A stretch of 32,000 nucleotides of DNA from Bifidobacterium longum subsp. longum JCM 1217. Lineage in GTDB: Bacteria > Actinomycetota > Actinomycetes > Actinomycetales > Bifidobacteriaceae. Positions within the stretch are counted from its first letter, which is position 1. Each line of letters opens with the position of its first letter. The stretch lies in assembly GCF_000196555.1 (NCBI RefSeq), contig NC_015067.1, forward strand, positions 60,001 through 92,000. Direction: 5' to 3'. Positions 7,508 through 16,500 of this stretch are shown here, one piece after another. The notes under the pieces were generated by a model. It did no database searches, was not told the origin of the DNA, and worked only from the letters and a program-made list of their open reading frames with translations. The translations under genes were made by a program, and so were the position numbers.

Positions 7508-8308
7508 ATGGCCAGACATGTAGGTAAGCACGGTGCACGGCACTCCCTATGGGGTGGTGTCGCGGTATTCGTCGTCATTGCCTTGACCGGTTTTCTGCTG
7601 AGCACCAACGTGAGGGTCAATCGTACGGTTGCCGCCACCAACGATACGGCCGATCTGGTGGAGCAAGGCGTGGACGAGGCCAACCAGCTGCAGCAGGACG
7701 TCAGCGATCTGACCAAACAGGTCGCCAATCTTACGGACGCGCTCAAGGCCGATGGCACCGATGGCACCGACAGCACACAGAACCAAGGCAAGGACTCCAG
7801 CAATGTGGATTCCAGCCTGATGCTGCCCGCGCTCAGCGGCAGCGGCGTAACGGTAACGCTGGATGATTCTCCGTTGTGGGAGAACGCAGTCAACAACAAC
7901 GGCACGACCGCCAATATCAACGATTACGTGATCCACCAGCAGGACGTCGAATCGGTGGTGAATGCCTTGTGGGCCGGCGGTGCCGATGCGCTGATGATTA
8001 TGGATCAGCGGGTGCTGTTCAATTCGGCGGTCATCTGTTCCGGCAACGTGCTGTCGTTGCACGGTAAGAAATACTCGCCGCCGTTCACCATTTCCGCGAT
8101 TGGTGACCCTCAAAGACTTCGCGCAGCGTTGAACGACTCCGAAGCCATTACCATTCTTAAGCAATATGTGACCGCGTTTGGCATTGGCTACAAGGTGGAG
8201 AATGCCGAGGACCTTCAGTTCCCCGCTACCGCCGCCTTGCTGCAGCAGTTGAAATATGCCACGGTCGATACGTCAAAGACCACAGATGAGGAGCAGACTC
8301 AGCAATGA
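7508..8308 (+). CDS. DUF881-domain protein (cell-division associated, membrane anchored)
   Basis: The protein has an N-terminal TM helix, a coiled-coil, then GSGVTVTLDD...VIHQQDVESVVNALWAGGADALMIMDQRV...PPFTISAIGDP, typical of DUF881. It sits next to crgA as in other actinobacteria. ATG is at 7508. Confidence 0.85.
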   Translation: MARHVGKHGARHSLWGGVAVFVVIALTGFLLSTNVRVNRTVAATNDTADLVEQGVDEANQLQQDVSDLTKQVANLTDALKADGTDGTDSTQNQGKDSSNVDSSLMLPALSGSGVTVTLDDSPLWENAVNNNGTTANINDYVIHQQDVESVVNALWAGGADALMIMDQRVLFNSAVICSGNVLSLHGKKYSPPFTISAIGDPQRLRAALNDSEAITILKQYVTAFGIGYKVENAEDLQFPATAALLQQLKYATVDTSKTTDEEQTQQ

Positions 8309-9543
8309 GACACGGCAGGCACAACAGCGGCGTACCGGCGCCCATTGATCTCGCGTCCGTGTCGGACGTACAGCCCTTCCCCGAGGACGATGCCGCACGA
8401 ATGGCGGCAGACCCGGCCAACGCCAGTAGGGCAAGGTCCCGTCGTGCCGCAGTACGCGGCGCGTCTTCGCCCCAGCGGAGCCCGGTCTGGCAGGCACTCG
8501 GCATCTGCGCCGAACTGCTGATTACCGCTGCCGTGATTTGCGCCCTGTACATCGTCTGGCAGATGTGGTGGACCGGTGTCGAGGCGGAGCGAGCCCAGAA
8601 CGAAACCACCCAGTCCGTCGACTGGAGCGACCCCAGCAACAACGGGGGAACGGTCACCATCGCCAAAGCCCAGGAGGGCGATGCGCCGGTACAGCCGAAA
8701 GACGCGAAATATGGCGACTTGATTGCGCAGATCTACATTCCGCGCTTCGGCTCCCAATGGCACCGCAACATCGTGGAAGGCACCACGCTCGAGCAGCTCA
8801 ATCGCCACGGTCTGGGCCATTACGACACCACCCAGATGCCGGGGCAGGTCGGCAACTTCGCCGTCGCCGGCCACCGCAACGGCTACGGGCAGCCGTTGGG
8901 CGATGTGGACAAGTTGCAGGAAGGCGATCCCATCATCGTTCGTACCAAGGATTACTGGTACGTCTACCACTACACCCGGTACGAGATTGTGCTGCCCACG
9001 GACGTGCATGTGATCGCCCCCAATCCGGAAGACTCCACTGCCAATCCCACCAAACGCATGATCACACTGACCACCTGTGAGCCGAAATACTCCACCCCCA
9101 CCCATCGATGGATCAGCTATGGTGAGTTGGCGTACTGGGCCAAAGTGTCCGACGGTGTGCCCAAAGAGCTGGCTACTACTGATTCGTCCGGTGCAGTGAT
9201 GTTCTCCACCACCGAAACCCCCTCGATCGCTTCCCGCATTGGCTCGCTGGACAAGGTGGTATTCGGCGCGCTGGTAGTGTGGCTGGTTCTGTTCATTGCC
9301 GCTGCGGTGGCATGGCGCTGGCCGGTGCTGCGCGAGATTCGCGCGGGTGAGCGTCGCCGTCCGGATGCCAGCATCTATGGCGGACTGTTGCGTCTGCAGC
9401 CCGGCGTGGCACCGATTCGATGGTTGCTGCTGGCTCTGCTGCTGTTCGCAGCCGCCGCGGCGCTGTTCCAGTGGGGATTCCCTTGGGCCGCCGCCAATAT
9501 CCCATTCCTACAGCAGATGTCGAACTTCGTGGCAGCGAGCTGA
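8305..9543 (+). CDS. Class E (housekeeping-type) sortase with an extra C-terminal two-TM extension
   Basis: An N-terminal TM helix is followed by FAVAGHRNGYG (catalytic His) and the TLTTCEP (TLxTC) active-site Cys motif. The start overlaps the DUF881 stop (ATGA). Confidence 0.88.
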   Translation: MRHGRHNSGVPAPIDLASVSDVQPFPEDDAARMAADPANASRARSRRAAVRGASSPQRSPVWQALGICAELLITAAVICALYIVWQMWWTGVEAERAQNETTQSVDWSDPSNNGGTVTIAKAQEGDAPVQPKDAKYGDLIAQIYIPRFGSQWHRNIVEGTTLEQLNRHGLGHYDTTQMPGQVGNFAVAGHRNGYGQPLGDVDKLQEGDPIIVRTKDYWYVYHYTRYEIVLPTDVHVIAPNPEDSTANPTKRMITLTTCEPKYSTPTHRWISYGELAYWAKVSDGVPKELATTDSSGAVMFSTTETPSIASRIGSLDKVVFGALVVWLVLFIAAAVAWRWPVLREIRAGERRRPDASIYGGLLRLQPGVAPIRWLLLALLLFAAAAALFQWGFPWAAANIPFLQQMSNFVAAS

Positions 9544-9593
9544 CGGCATCCTAGTACTATGGCTTGCAGTACACGTCCCTCAAGGAGAGCCCT

Positions 9594-10238
9594 ATGACCG
9601 ATTCCGCGCATATTTTGGTGGTGGATAACTACGATTCCTTCGTCTACACGATCGTAGGCTATCTGCAAACCCTTGGCGCCACTGTTGATGTGGTGCGTAA
9701 CGACGCTATCGACCCAGCCGCGCCGGGTGTACTGGACGGTTACGATGGCGTGCTGATTTCTCCCGGCCCTGGTGCTCCGGCCGAATCCGGTGCCAGTGAG
9801 GATATGATTCGCCTGTGCGCGGCCAGCGGCGTGCCGATGTTTGGTGTGTGCCTGGGCTTGCAGGCGCTCGCTGAGGTGTACGGCTGCACTGTGGACCATG
9901 CGCCCACCATCATGCATGGCAAGACCAGCTTGGTGGAACATATCGATGACGAGATTTTCGAGGGCGTGGCCAACCCCATGACCGCCACCCGCTACCATTC
10001 GTTGGCCGTCGAGCCCGATTCGGTGCCGGATACGCTGGTGGTTACCGCGTGGACGCAAGGCGACCACATTATTCAGGGCGTGCGTGTCAAGGGCAAGCCG
10101 ATGTACGCCGTGCAATTCCATCCCGAATCCGTGATGACCCAGGACGGCTACCGTCTGCTGGCCAACTGGCTCAAGGTCTGCGGCCAAGACAACGCCGTGG
10201 CCAAGTCCGCCGGCCTCCAGCCCAAAGTTACGAAGTAG
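9594..10238 (+). CDS. pabA: Glutamine amidotransferase component II of aminodeoxychorismate/anthranilate synthase
   Basis: Features are ILVVDNYDSFVYT, the catalytic Cys in GVCLGLQ, and QFHPES. ATG at 9594 follows AAGGAG. Confidence 0.88.
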   Translation: MTDSAHILVVDNYDSFVYTIVGYLQTLGATVDVVRNDAIDPAAPGVLDGYDGVLISPGPGAPAESGASEDMIRLCAASGVPMFGVCLGLQALAEVYGCTVDHAPTIMHGKTSLVEHIDDEIFEGVANPMTATRYHSLAVEPDSVPDTLVVTAWTQGDHIIQGVRVKGKPMYAVQFHPESVMTQDGYRLLANWLKVCGQDNAVAKSAGLQPKVTK

Positions 10239-10347
10239 CTTTTCCGCGCGGCGATACTCTCCCCGGAATGTGTCGCTAGAACGAGGCTTGCGTACTGGTT
10301 TTGCGACGCTTCCCGGGATTGTTGCGCTGGGATAGCTCTTTATACAG

Positions 10348-10381
10348 CAAAGGGGAGGGGCGCAGAAGCCCTTCCCCTTTG
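10348..10381 (+). terminator. Hairpin terminator downstream of pabA
   Basis: The arms caaaggggaggggc and gcccttcccctttg pair over 14 bp with 1 mismatch around a 6-nt loop, followed by a T-containing tail. Confidence 0.55.
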
Positions 10382-10385
10382 TGTT

Positions 10386-10435
10386 GCGTGTATGTGTTGC
10401 GCTATTTGCGTTGCATATGCGCAACACATACACGC
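10386..10435. other. Perfect 17-bp inverted repeat (hairpin) between convergent pabA and pknB
   Basis: The arms are gcgtgtatgtgttgcgc (10386-10402) and gcgcaacacatacacgc (10419-10435) with a 16-nt loop. It probably contributes to termination of pknB. Confidence 0.6.
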
Positions 10436-10461
10436 CCGGCGCTTACTTGCTACTCACCGGT

Positions 10462-12534
10462 TCACTCACCGGTTCCGCCCCCGTTGCCAGTACCGTTGCC
10501 ACCGTCTCCGGTACCGGTACCGCCGCCAGTGCTGCCGGCCTTCGTGGTAATGGTGACGGTCGATCCCGCATCTACCTGGCTGCCAGCGCCAGGATTGATG
10601 CTGACTACCACAGCGGTGCTGCCGGTTGGACCATTGGCCTGAGCCTTGAGGCCCACGGCCTTGAGCATGAGTTCGGCGGTGACGTAGTCAGTGCCAGCGG
10701 TGATATTCGGCACAGCGACCTTCTCCTTGCCCGTGGACACCCAAATGGTGATGAACCCGCCCTGTGCGATGGAAGAGCCCGAATCAGGGCTTACACGGGT
10801 AATCAGACCGGCCTCCACCGTATCGGAGCTCTCCTGCTCCACAGTGAAGCTGAACTTGCCCTCATACTGCTGTAGCACGCTGTCCTTCGACTGACCGACC
10901 AAATTGCTCGGTACGGTGGTCATGCCGGAAGAAACATATATGGTGATGGTGGTGCCCTTGGGAACCGACTGACCGGCGGCAGGATCGGTTTTCGTCACCA
11001 TATCCTTGGCGATGTCGGCGCTGTCTTCGGTTTTGACGGCGGCGTTCACCTTGAACCCGGCGCTTTCCAGAATGCTGCGCGCCTCTTCCTGGCTGCGTTC
11101 CTTGACATCCGGAACCTGAGTGGACTGCGGGCCTGCGGAGAACCACACCTTCACGGCAGATCCCTTGGCCACCTTGGAGCCGGCGTCCGGGCTCATCTTG
11201 GTGCAGGTGCCTTCCGGCTCGGTGGAGTCGGTGTCTTGCTTTTCGGTCATCTTCAAACCCGATGCCTTGAGTTTGAGCTCGATGCTGTCCTTGGATGTGG
11301 AAGCGTTGCACACCTCAGGGATGGTGACGGTGTCTTCCGAGGACTTGTTGCCGGAGCCGTTCATGGCGAACACGATGCCCACAATGACAAGCACTGCAAC
11401 AATCGCTGCGATCACCGAACCGATGATGATCTTCTTGCGCTTCTTGGCCTTGGCCGCCGCCGCACGCTGCTGCGCACGGGACTGCAACGCCGCTGAGTTG
11501 GCACCATTGGCCGGTGGAATCTGCTCGAACTGACCGGTCACCGGGTTGAATGCTTGGGTGGGTTGCTGATGCGGTTCCACCGGCGTGGTGGGCAAATCAC
11601 GTTCGGCTTCCTTGCGGGCCTTCATATTCGACAGGTCCGTCAACGGGTTGAACGCGGCCGCCACCGGCACGCCGCCGTTCATGTAGGTCAGGATGTCGGT
11701 CTTGAATTCGGAGGCCGTGGCATAGCGATTCTGGCGGTCCTTGGCCATGGCCTTGGCGCAGATCGAATCCCACATCTTCGGCAGCCCCGGCACCACGGCG
11801 GATGGCGGCGTGGCGACTTCGGAAACATGCTGGTAGGCGATGGCCACGGCGGAATCGCCGGTAAACGGCGGGCGGCCGGTGAGCATCTCGTAGAGCACGC
11901 AGCCGGCGGAATACAGGTCGGAACGCATGTCGACGGTCTCGCCGCGCGCCTGCTCGGGAGAAAGGTACTGTGCGGTGCCCACCACGCCCTGCGACTGGGT
12001 CATGGTGGCTGCGGAATCGTCCAGAGCGCGGGCGATGCCGAAGTCCATGACCTTGACCACGCCCTGCTCGGAAATCATGATGTTGCCGGGCTTGATATCG
12101 CGGTGGATAATGCCCATGCGATGCGAATAGTCGAGCGCGTTAAGCACGCCCAACATCACCTGTTCGCAGTCGCGCTGGCTGAGTGCGCCGTTGACCTTGA
12201 TGATGTCGCGCAGGGTCTGGCCCTTGACGTATTCCATGACGATGTATGGCAGACGCTCGGCATCGCCGCTTTCGGAAGAAACCAGTTCTTCTCCCGAATC
12301 GTAGATGTTCACGATGTTCGGGTTGTTCATCTGGGCCACGGCGTGTGCTTCGCGGCGGAAACGGGCCAGGAAGATGTCGTCGTTGGCCAGATCGGCGCGC
12401 ATGATTTTCACGGCCACGGTACGGCCCAGACGGGTGTCAAGAGCCACGTGGACCTCGGCCATGCCGCCACGACCGATGAGCTGGCCAAGCTGGTAGCGTC
12501 CGCCGGCCAATGCGGTGGGCATACTGGTGCTCAT
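10462..12534 (-). CDS. pknB: Ser/Thr protein kinase PknB with a TM helix and four extracellular PASTA repeats
   Basis: Kinase motifs GRGGMAEVH, HRDIKPGN and DFG are present. A TM segment and repeated PASTA-like units follow, then a Gly/Thr-rich tail. Confidence 0.95.
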   Translation of the reverse strand: MSTSMPTALAGGRYQLGQLIGRGGMAEVHVALDTRLGRTVAVKIMRADLANDDIFLARFRREAHAVAQMNNPNIVNIYDSGEELVSSESGDAERLPYIVMEYVKGQTLRDIIKVNGALSQRDCEQVMLGVLNALDYSHRMGIIHRDIKPGNIMISEQGVVKVMDFGIARALDDSAATMTQSQGVVGTAQYLSPEQARGETVDMRSDLYSAGCVLYEMLTGRPPFTGDSAVAIAYQHVSEVATPPSAVVPGLPKMWDSICAKAMAKDRQNRYATASEFKTDILTYMNGGVPVAAAFNPLTDLSNMKARKEAERDLPTTPVEPHQQPTQAFNPVTGQFEQIPPANGANSAALQSRAQQRAAAAKAKKRKKIIIGSVIAAIVAVLVIVGIVFAMNGSGNKSSEDTVTIPEVCNASTSKDSIELKLKASGLKMTEKQDTDSTEPEGTCTKMSPDAGSKVAKGSAVKVWFSAGPQSTQVPDVKERSQEEARSILESAGFKVNAAVKTEDSADIAKDMVTKTDPAAGQSVPKGTTITIYVSSGMTTVPSNLVGQSKDSVLQQYEGKFSFTVEQESSDTVEAGLITRVSPDSGSSIAQGGFITIWVSTGKEKVAVPNITAGTDYVTAELMLKAVGLKAQANGPTGSTAVVVSINPGAGSQVDAGSTVTITTKAGSTGGGTGTGDGGNGTGNGGGTGE

Positions 12535-13481
12535 TGCTTATTCCCTCCCAATCTTGAGGCCGGGGCCTCCAAAACAATGCGTGGCGTGCTGGTCACTCGG
12601 CGCGGCAGTCGATTGCCGGACGTGGCCATGGCGGTGTCGGCCATTTCGGTCTGCTGATCCAGCAGACGGCGTTCGATGCGTGCCAGCGTACGGGACACCA
12701 CCAGCGCGTCTTTCGGGCGATCCAACGGGTCCTTGGCCAGCATTGACATGACAAATTCGCGTAACTGGACGTCCACCGAGTCCGGCAGCGGAGGCACGGG
12801 ATTGTTCACGTGCGCTGCGGCGATATCGACCGGAGTGGTGCCGGTGAACGGACGATGCCCGGCAAGGCCCTCGTACGCCACTACGCCCAGTGAATAGATG
12901 TCCGATTGCGGCGTGGCCTGCTGGCCCTGCGCCTGCTCGGGGGAGATGTATTGTGCGGTGCCCACCACCATGCCGTCCTGGGTGATCTGGCCTTGGCCGG
13001 TGGAGTAGCTCACGCCGAAATCGGTGATCTTCACTTCGCCGGTGTCGGAAACCATGATGTTGGCCGGCTTGACGTCACGATGAATCACGCCGTGCGAGTG
13101 GGCCACGAACAGGCCTCGCGCGGTCTGAATCAGGATGGGCAGCAGTTCGATGGGATCCATCGCGCCCTTGCTATGGAACAGATCCGCCAACGATTTCGAG
13201 GGGACGTATTCCATAATCAGAAAGCCGATGCCGTCATGCTCGTAGTATTCGAACAACGCAGCGATGTTCGGGTGCGCCAGATTGGCGGAATTATGGGCTT
13301 CGGCACGCAGGCGGCGCAACTTGGCCTCGGCGTTGGTCACGTCCGAGCGCAGCGCCTTGATGGCCACTTCACGGCCGAGCTGAATATCGTAGCCTTTCCA
13401 GACCTCGCCCATACCGCCTTGCGCAAGACGCGAATCAAGACGATATCGGCGGTGAATAAGCTGTCCTTCGATAAGTTTCAC
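12531..13481 (-). CDS. pknA: Ser/Thr protein kinase (PknA-like, cytoplasmic)
   Basis: Kinase motifs GGMGEVWKG, HRDVKPAN and DFG are present. It uses a GTG start at 13481, and 4-nt overlaps with both neighbours indicate translational coupling. Confidence 0.92.
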   Translation of the reverse strand: MKLIEGQLIHRRYRLDSRLAQGGMGEVWKGYDIQLGREVAIKALRSDVTNAEAKLRRLRAEAHNSANLAHPNIAALFEYYEHDGIGFLIMEYVPSKSLADLFHSKGAMDPIELLPILIQTARGLFVAHSHGVIHRDVKPANIMVSDTGEVKITDFGVSYSTGQGQITQDGMVVGTAQYISPEQAQGQQATPQSDIYSLGVVAYEGLAGHRPFTGTTPVDIAAAHVNNPVPPLPDSVDVQLREFVMSMLAKDPLDRPKDALVVSRTLARIERRLLDQQTEMADTAMATSGNRLPRRVTSTPRIVLEAPASRLGGNKQ

Positions 13482-14944
13482 TGCTGCAAAGCCTCCTGCA
13501 TCATCGCGCGCATGATCGGGCCAGCGGCGAGCGAACCGTATACATCTGTGTTATGCACCAACACCGCGACGGCGATTTGCGGATCGTCCGCCGGCGCGAA
13601 ACCGATCACCCAGCCGTCGATGGCAGAGTTGTCGGTACCGATTTGTGCGGTACCGGTTTTGGCCGCCACCTTGATGCCGTCGATGGCCAGCTGCGGATTG
13701 GCCTCGGACACCACGCTTTCCATCATCGTGGTGAGCTTGTCTGCGGAATCCTTGCTGAACGCATTGGCCATGGTCTGCGGCTTGGTCTGCGAAAGCACGG
13801 TGAGATCGGCGGCGCGCACACGATCGACCAGCGTGGGCTGCATCAGTTTGCCGTTGTTGGCGATTGCCTGCGCGACCATCGCCATCTGCAACGGCGTGGC
13901 CGTGGTGTCGCCTTGGCCGATGGACGCCAGCGCAAGCTTGTCGTCGGTCGGATCAGAGGGGAATGTGGACGCGGTGGCCGTCATCGGGGTGCCCGTGGAT
14001 TCGGTGCCGTCAATGGTGATGGTGCTGCCGAAACCAAGCTTGGTGGCCATGTCCGAAACCTTGCTCGCGCCGAGTTTCACGCCAAGCTGGGCGAACGCGG
14101 TATTGGACGACCATGCGACGGCCTCTTGCAGGGAGATCTGCCCGTTGACGCCATCGGCCTGTGCCTCGGCGTTCGGCAACTGTGTGGCGGTTCCCGGCAA
14201 GGTATAGCTGGCGCCCGCAGGAATCTTCGTGTCCGTCTGATAATCGCCGGTTTCCAGCGCAGCCGAGGCGACGATGGTCTTGAACGTGGACCCTGGTGGG
14301 TACAGCTGCGAGGTGGCGCGGTTGATTAGAGGGCTATTTTGGCCCGCAGAAAGTTCGTTGTAGGCCTGAGACGCGGCTTTGGTGTCATGGGTCGCCAGTT
14401 TGTTCGGATCATAACTGGGCGTGCTCACCATGGCGAGGATACGACCGGTGCTGACTTCGATGGCCACCGCCGCACCATCGCGCGTACCGAGCTGATCGTA
14501 GGCAACCTGCTGCAGCTTGGGGTCGATGGAGGTTTCGATGGACGCGCCCTGATCCGTAGCGCCGGTGAGCATGGCCTTGGCCCGCTGCCAGATCAATGAA
14601 TCGGCCTCACCGTTGAGCAGCATGCTGCGGGAGGCTTCCAGGCCGCGATCGGCGGTCTGGTTGATGGAGAAGAAGCCGGTGACCGGAGCATACAGCGGAC
14701 CGTTGGAATAGGTGCGCAGGTATTTGAACGCGTCGTTGACCGGCTCGGATTTGGCCATGACCGTGCCGTCCGAGGCCAGAATGGCACCGCGGTAGGCGCC
14801 GAGCTGGTGGTACAGCGAACGGGCGTTGCGCGGATCGTTGTTCAGCGCGTTGGCCCGTACCGCCATGATGATGGTGGACGACAGGCCGAGAATCACGAAC
14901 AGCGCGACCACGGCGGTGAAAAGCTGACGAAGATATTTGTTCAT
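13478..14944 (-). CDS. pbpA: Class B penicillin-binding protein (transpeptidase) PbpA
   Basis: An N-terminal TM anchor is followed by the STFK, SSN and KTGT motifs. Confidence 0.93.
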   Translation of the reverse strand: MNKYLRQLFTAVVALFVILGLSSTIIMAVRANALNNDPRNARSLYHQLGAYRGAILASDGTVMAKSEPVNDAFKYLRTYSNGPLYAPVTGFFSINQTADRGLEASRSMLLNGEADSLIWQRAKAMLTGATDQGASIETSIDPKLQQVAYDQLGTRDGAAVAIEVSTGRILAMVSTPSYDPNKLATHDTKAASQAYNELSAGQNSPLINRATSQLYPPGSTFKTIVASAALETGDYQTDTKIPAGASYTLPGTATQLPNAEAQADGVNGQISLQEAVAWSSNTAFAQLGVKLGASKVSDMATKLGFGSTITIDGTESTGTPMTATASTFPSDPTDDKLALASIGQGDTTATPLQMAMVAQAIANNGKLMQPTLVDRVRAADLTVLSQTKPQTMANAFSKDSADKLTTMMESVVSEANPQLAIDGIKVAAKTGTAQIGTDNSAIDGWVIGFAPADDPQIAVAVLVHNTDVYGSLAAGPIMRAMMQEALQQ

Positions 14945-16500
14945 ACGCGAGTGCCTCCGTTAACGGGAGGAAGCGGGGGAATCGTGCCGGTAGGCGTGTA
15001 CGGTTCATCGGCTTCGGCATACGACGGAGTGGTGGTATCCACGATGGGGTCGTCAAACGATTTCGACTCGGACTGCGACGCCGTAGCCGACGCGCTGCGA
15101 GGCTGAACGATCGGCTCAGTGGCGCGGGCCCGGGCCTCAAGTTCCTTGTTGCGCAGCACGGCCAAAGCCTCGTACTGGAACGTATCCGAGGTCAGCTCCG
15201 GCTCGGGCGCATTGGCCGAATTCGAGATGATGATGAGCAGGGTCGCGAGAATATAGTTGGCGATCAGACTGGAGCCACCGGCCGCCATATAGGGCAGGGT
15301 CAGACCGGTCAGAGGAATCACCAGCGTGATGCCGCCGACCACGGTGAACACCTGGAAGGCCATGGTGAACACCAGTCCGGAAGCGAGCAGCTTGCCGAAG
15401 CCATCCTTGATTTTCATGGCGGTGATAAAGCCGGAGGCAATGATGAGCAGGTAGAGCATCAAAATGGCCAGGACGCCCATCAGACCGAGTTCCTCGCCCA
15501 GAGAGGCGTAGATGAAATCGGAGTTCGCAAACGTAACGAGCGAAGGATGGCCTTGGCCGAGACCGGTGCCGAGCATGCCGCCTGATGCCAGGCCGAAAAT
15601 GCCGGTGACCAGCTGCCAGGAGCCGCCGGGGGTCTTGTTGTATTGCTCGTTGCTAAACGGGTGCAGCCAGGCATCGACTCGCTGACCCACGTGGCTGAAC
15701 ATGCCTGCGGCCAGCACGGCACCCGCGGCGAACGCGATCAGACCGATGATGATCCAGCTTTTACGGCCGGTGGCCGTGTACAGCATGGCCACGAACATGG
15801 CGAAGAACATAAGCGAGGTGCCCAGATCATGCTGCATGATGAGCACGCCCATCGAGGCGATCCACACCACGATGATCGGGCCGAGATCCTTGATACGCGG
15901 CAGCTGCAGACCGAGCATCTTCTTACCGCCCACGGCCAGCTGGTCGCGATGATCGAACAGGTAGGCGGCGAAGAAGAACGCAAGGAACAGCTTGGCGAAC
16001 TCGCCCGGCTGGAACTGGCCCAGTCCCGGAATCCTGATCCAAATGCGCGCGCCGTTCACTTCCTGACCGACAAACGGCAGCATCGGGGCGAGCAGCAGCA
16101 CCAAGCCCACCACCATCGACACGTAGGAGAAGCGCCGCAGCACGCGGTAGTCCTTCAGGAAGATGATGAGCAGCGCGGAAAGCACGATGGCGATGCACAG
16201 CCAGATCAGCTGACGTTGGGCAACCGCCCAACCTTCGCTCTGGTCGATGCGGGCGATCATGGTCACGCCAGTGGCGGTCAGCAGTAGCACGCAAGGCAGA
16301 ATCGACTGGCTGGCGTACGGCTGGAAGCGCACAATCAGCCCCCACAGCACCAGAAACAGCACTACGACCAATGCCAGCATGCCGGCGTATTGCATAGGGA
16401 ATTCGCCGGCGGTGCGCTGGAACATCTGGATGAACGCCAACGCACTGATTGCCATGGCAATCAGCAACAAAGAAATCTGACGTAGACGGGTAGCGATCAT
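14941..16500 (-). CDS. rodA: SEDS-family peptidoglycan polymerase (RodA/FtsW) with an extended C-terminal tail
   Basis: The protein is a polytopic FtsW/RodA-type membrane protein in the conserved position between pstP and pbpA. Confidence 0.92.
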   Translation of the reverse strand: MIATRLRQISLLLIAMAISALAFIQMFQRTAGEFPMQYAGMLALVVVLFLVLWGLIVRFQPYASQSILPCVLLLTATGVTMIARIDQSEGWAVAQRQLIWLCIAIVLSALLIIFLKDYRVLRRFSYVSMVVGLVLLLAPMLPFVGQEVNGARIWIRIPGLGQFQPGEFAKLFLAFFFAAYLFDHRDQLAVGGKKMLGLQLPRIKDLGPIIVVWIASMGVLIMQHDLGTSLMFFAMFVAMLYTATGRKSWIIIGLIAFAAGAVLAAGMFSHVGQRVDAWLHPFSNEQYNKTPGGSWQLVTGIFGLASGGMLGTGLGQGHPSLVTFANSDFIYASLGEELGLMGVLAILMLYLLIIASGFITAMKIKDGFGKLLASGLVFTMAFQVFTVVGGITLVIPLTGLTLPYMAAGGSSLIANYILATLLIIISNSANAPEPELTSDTFQYEALAVLRNKELEARARATEPIVQPRSASATASQSESKSFDDPIVDTTTPSYAEADEPYTPTGTIPPLPPVNGGTRV

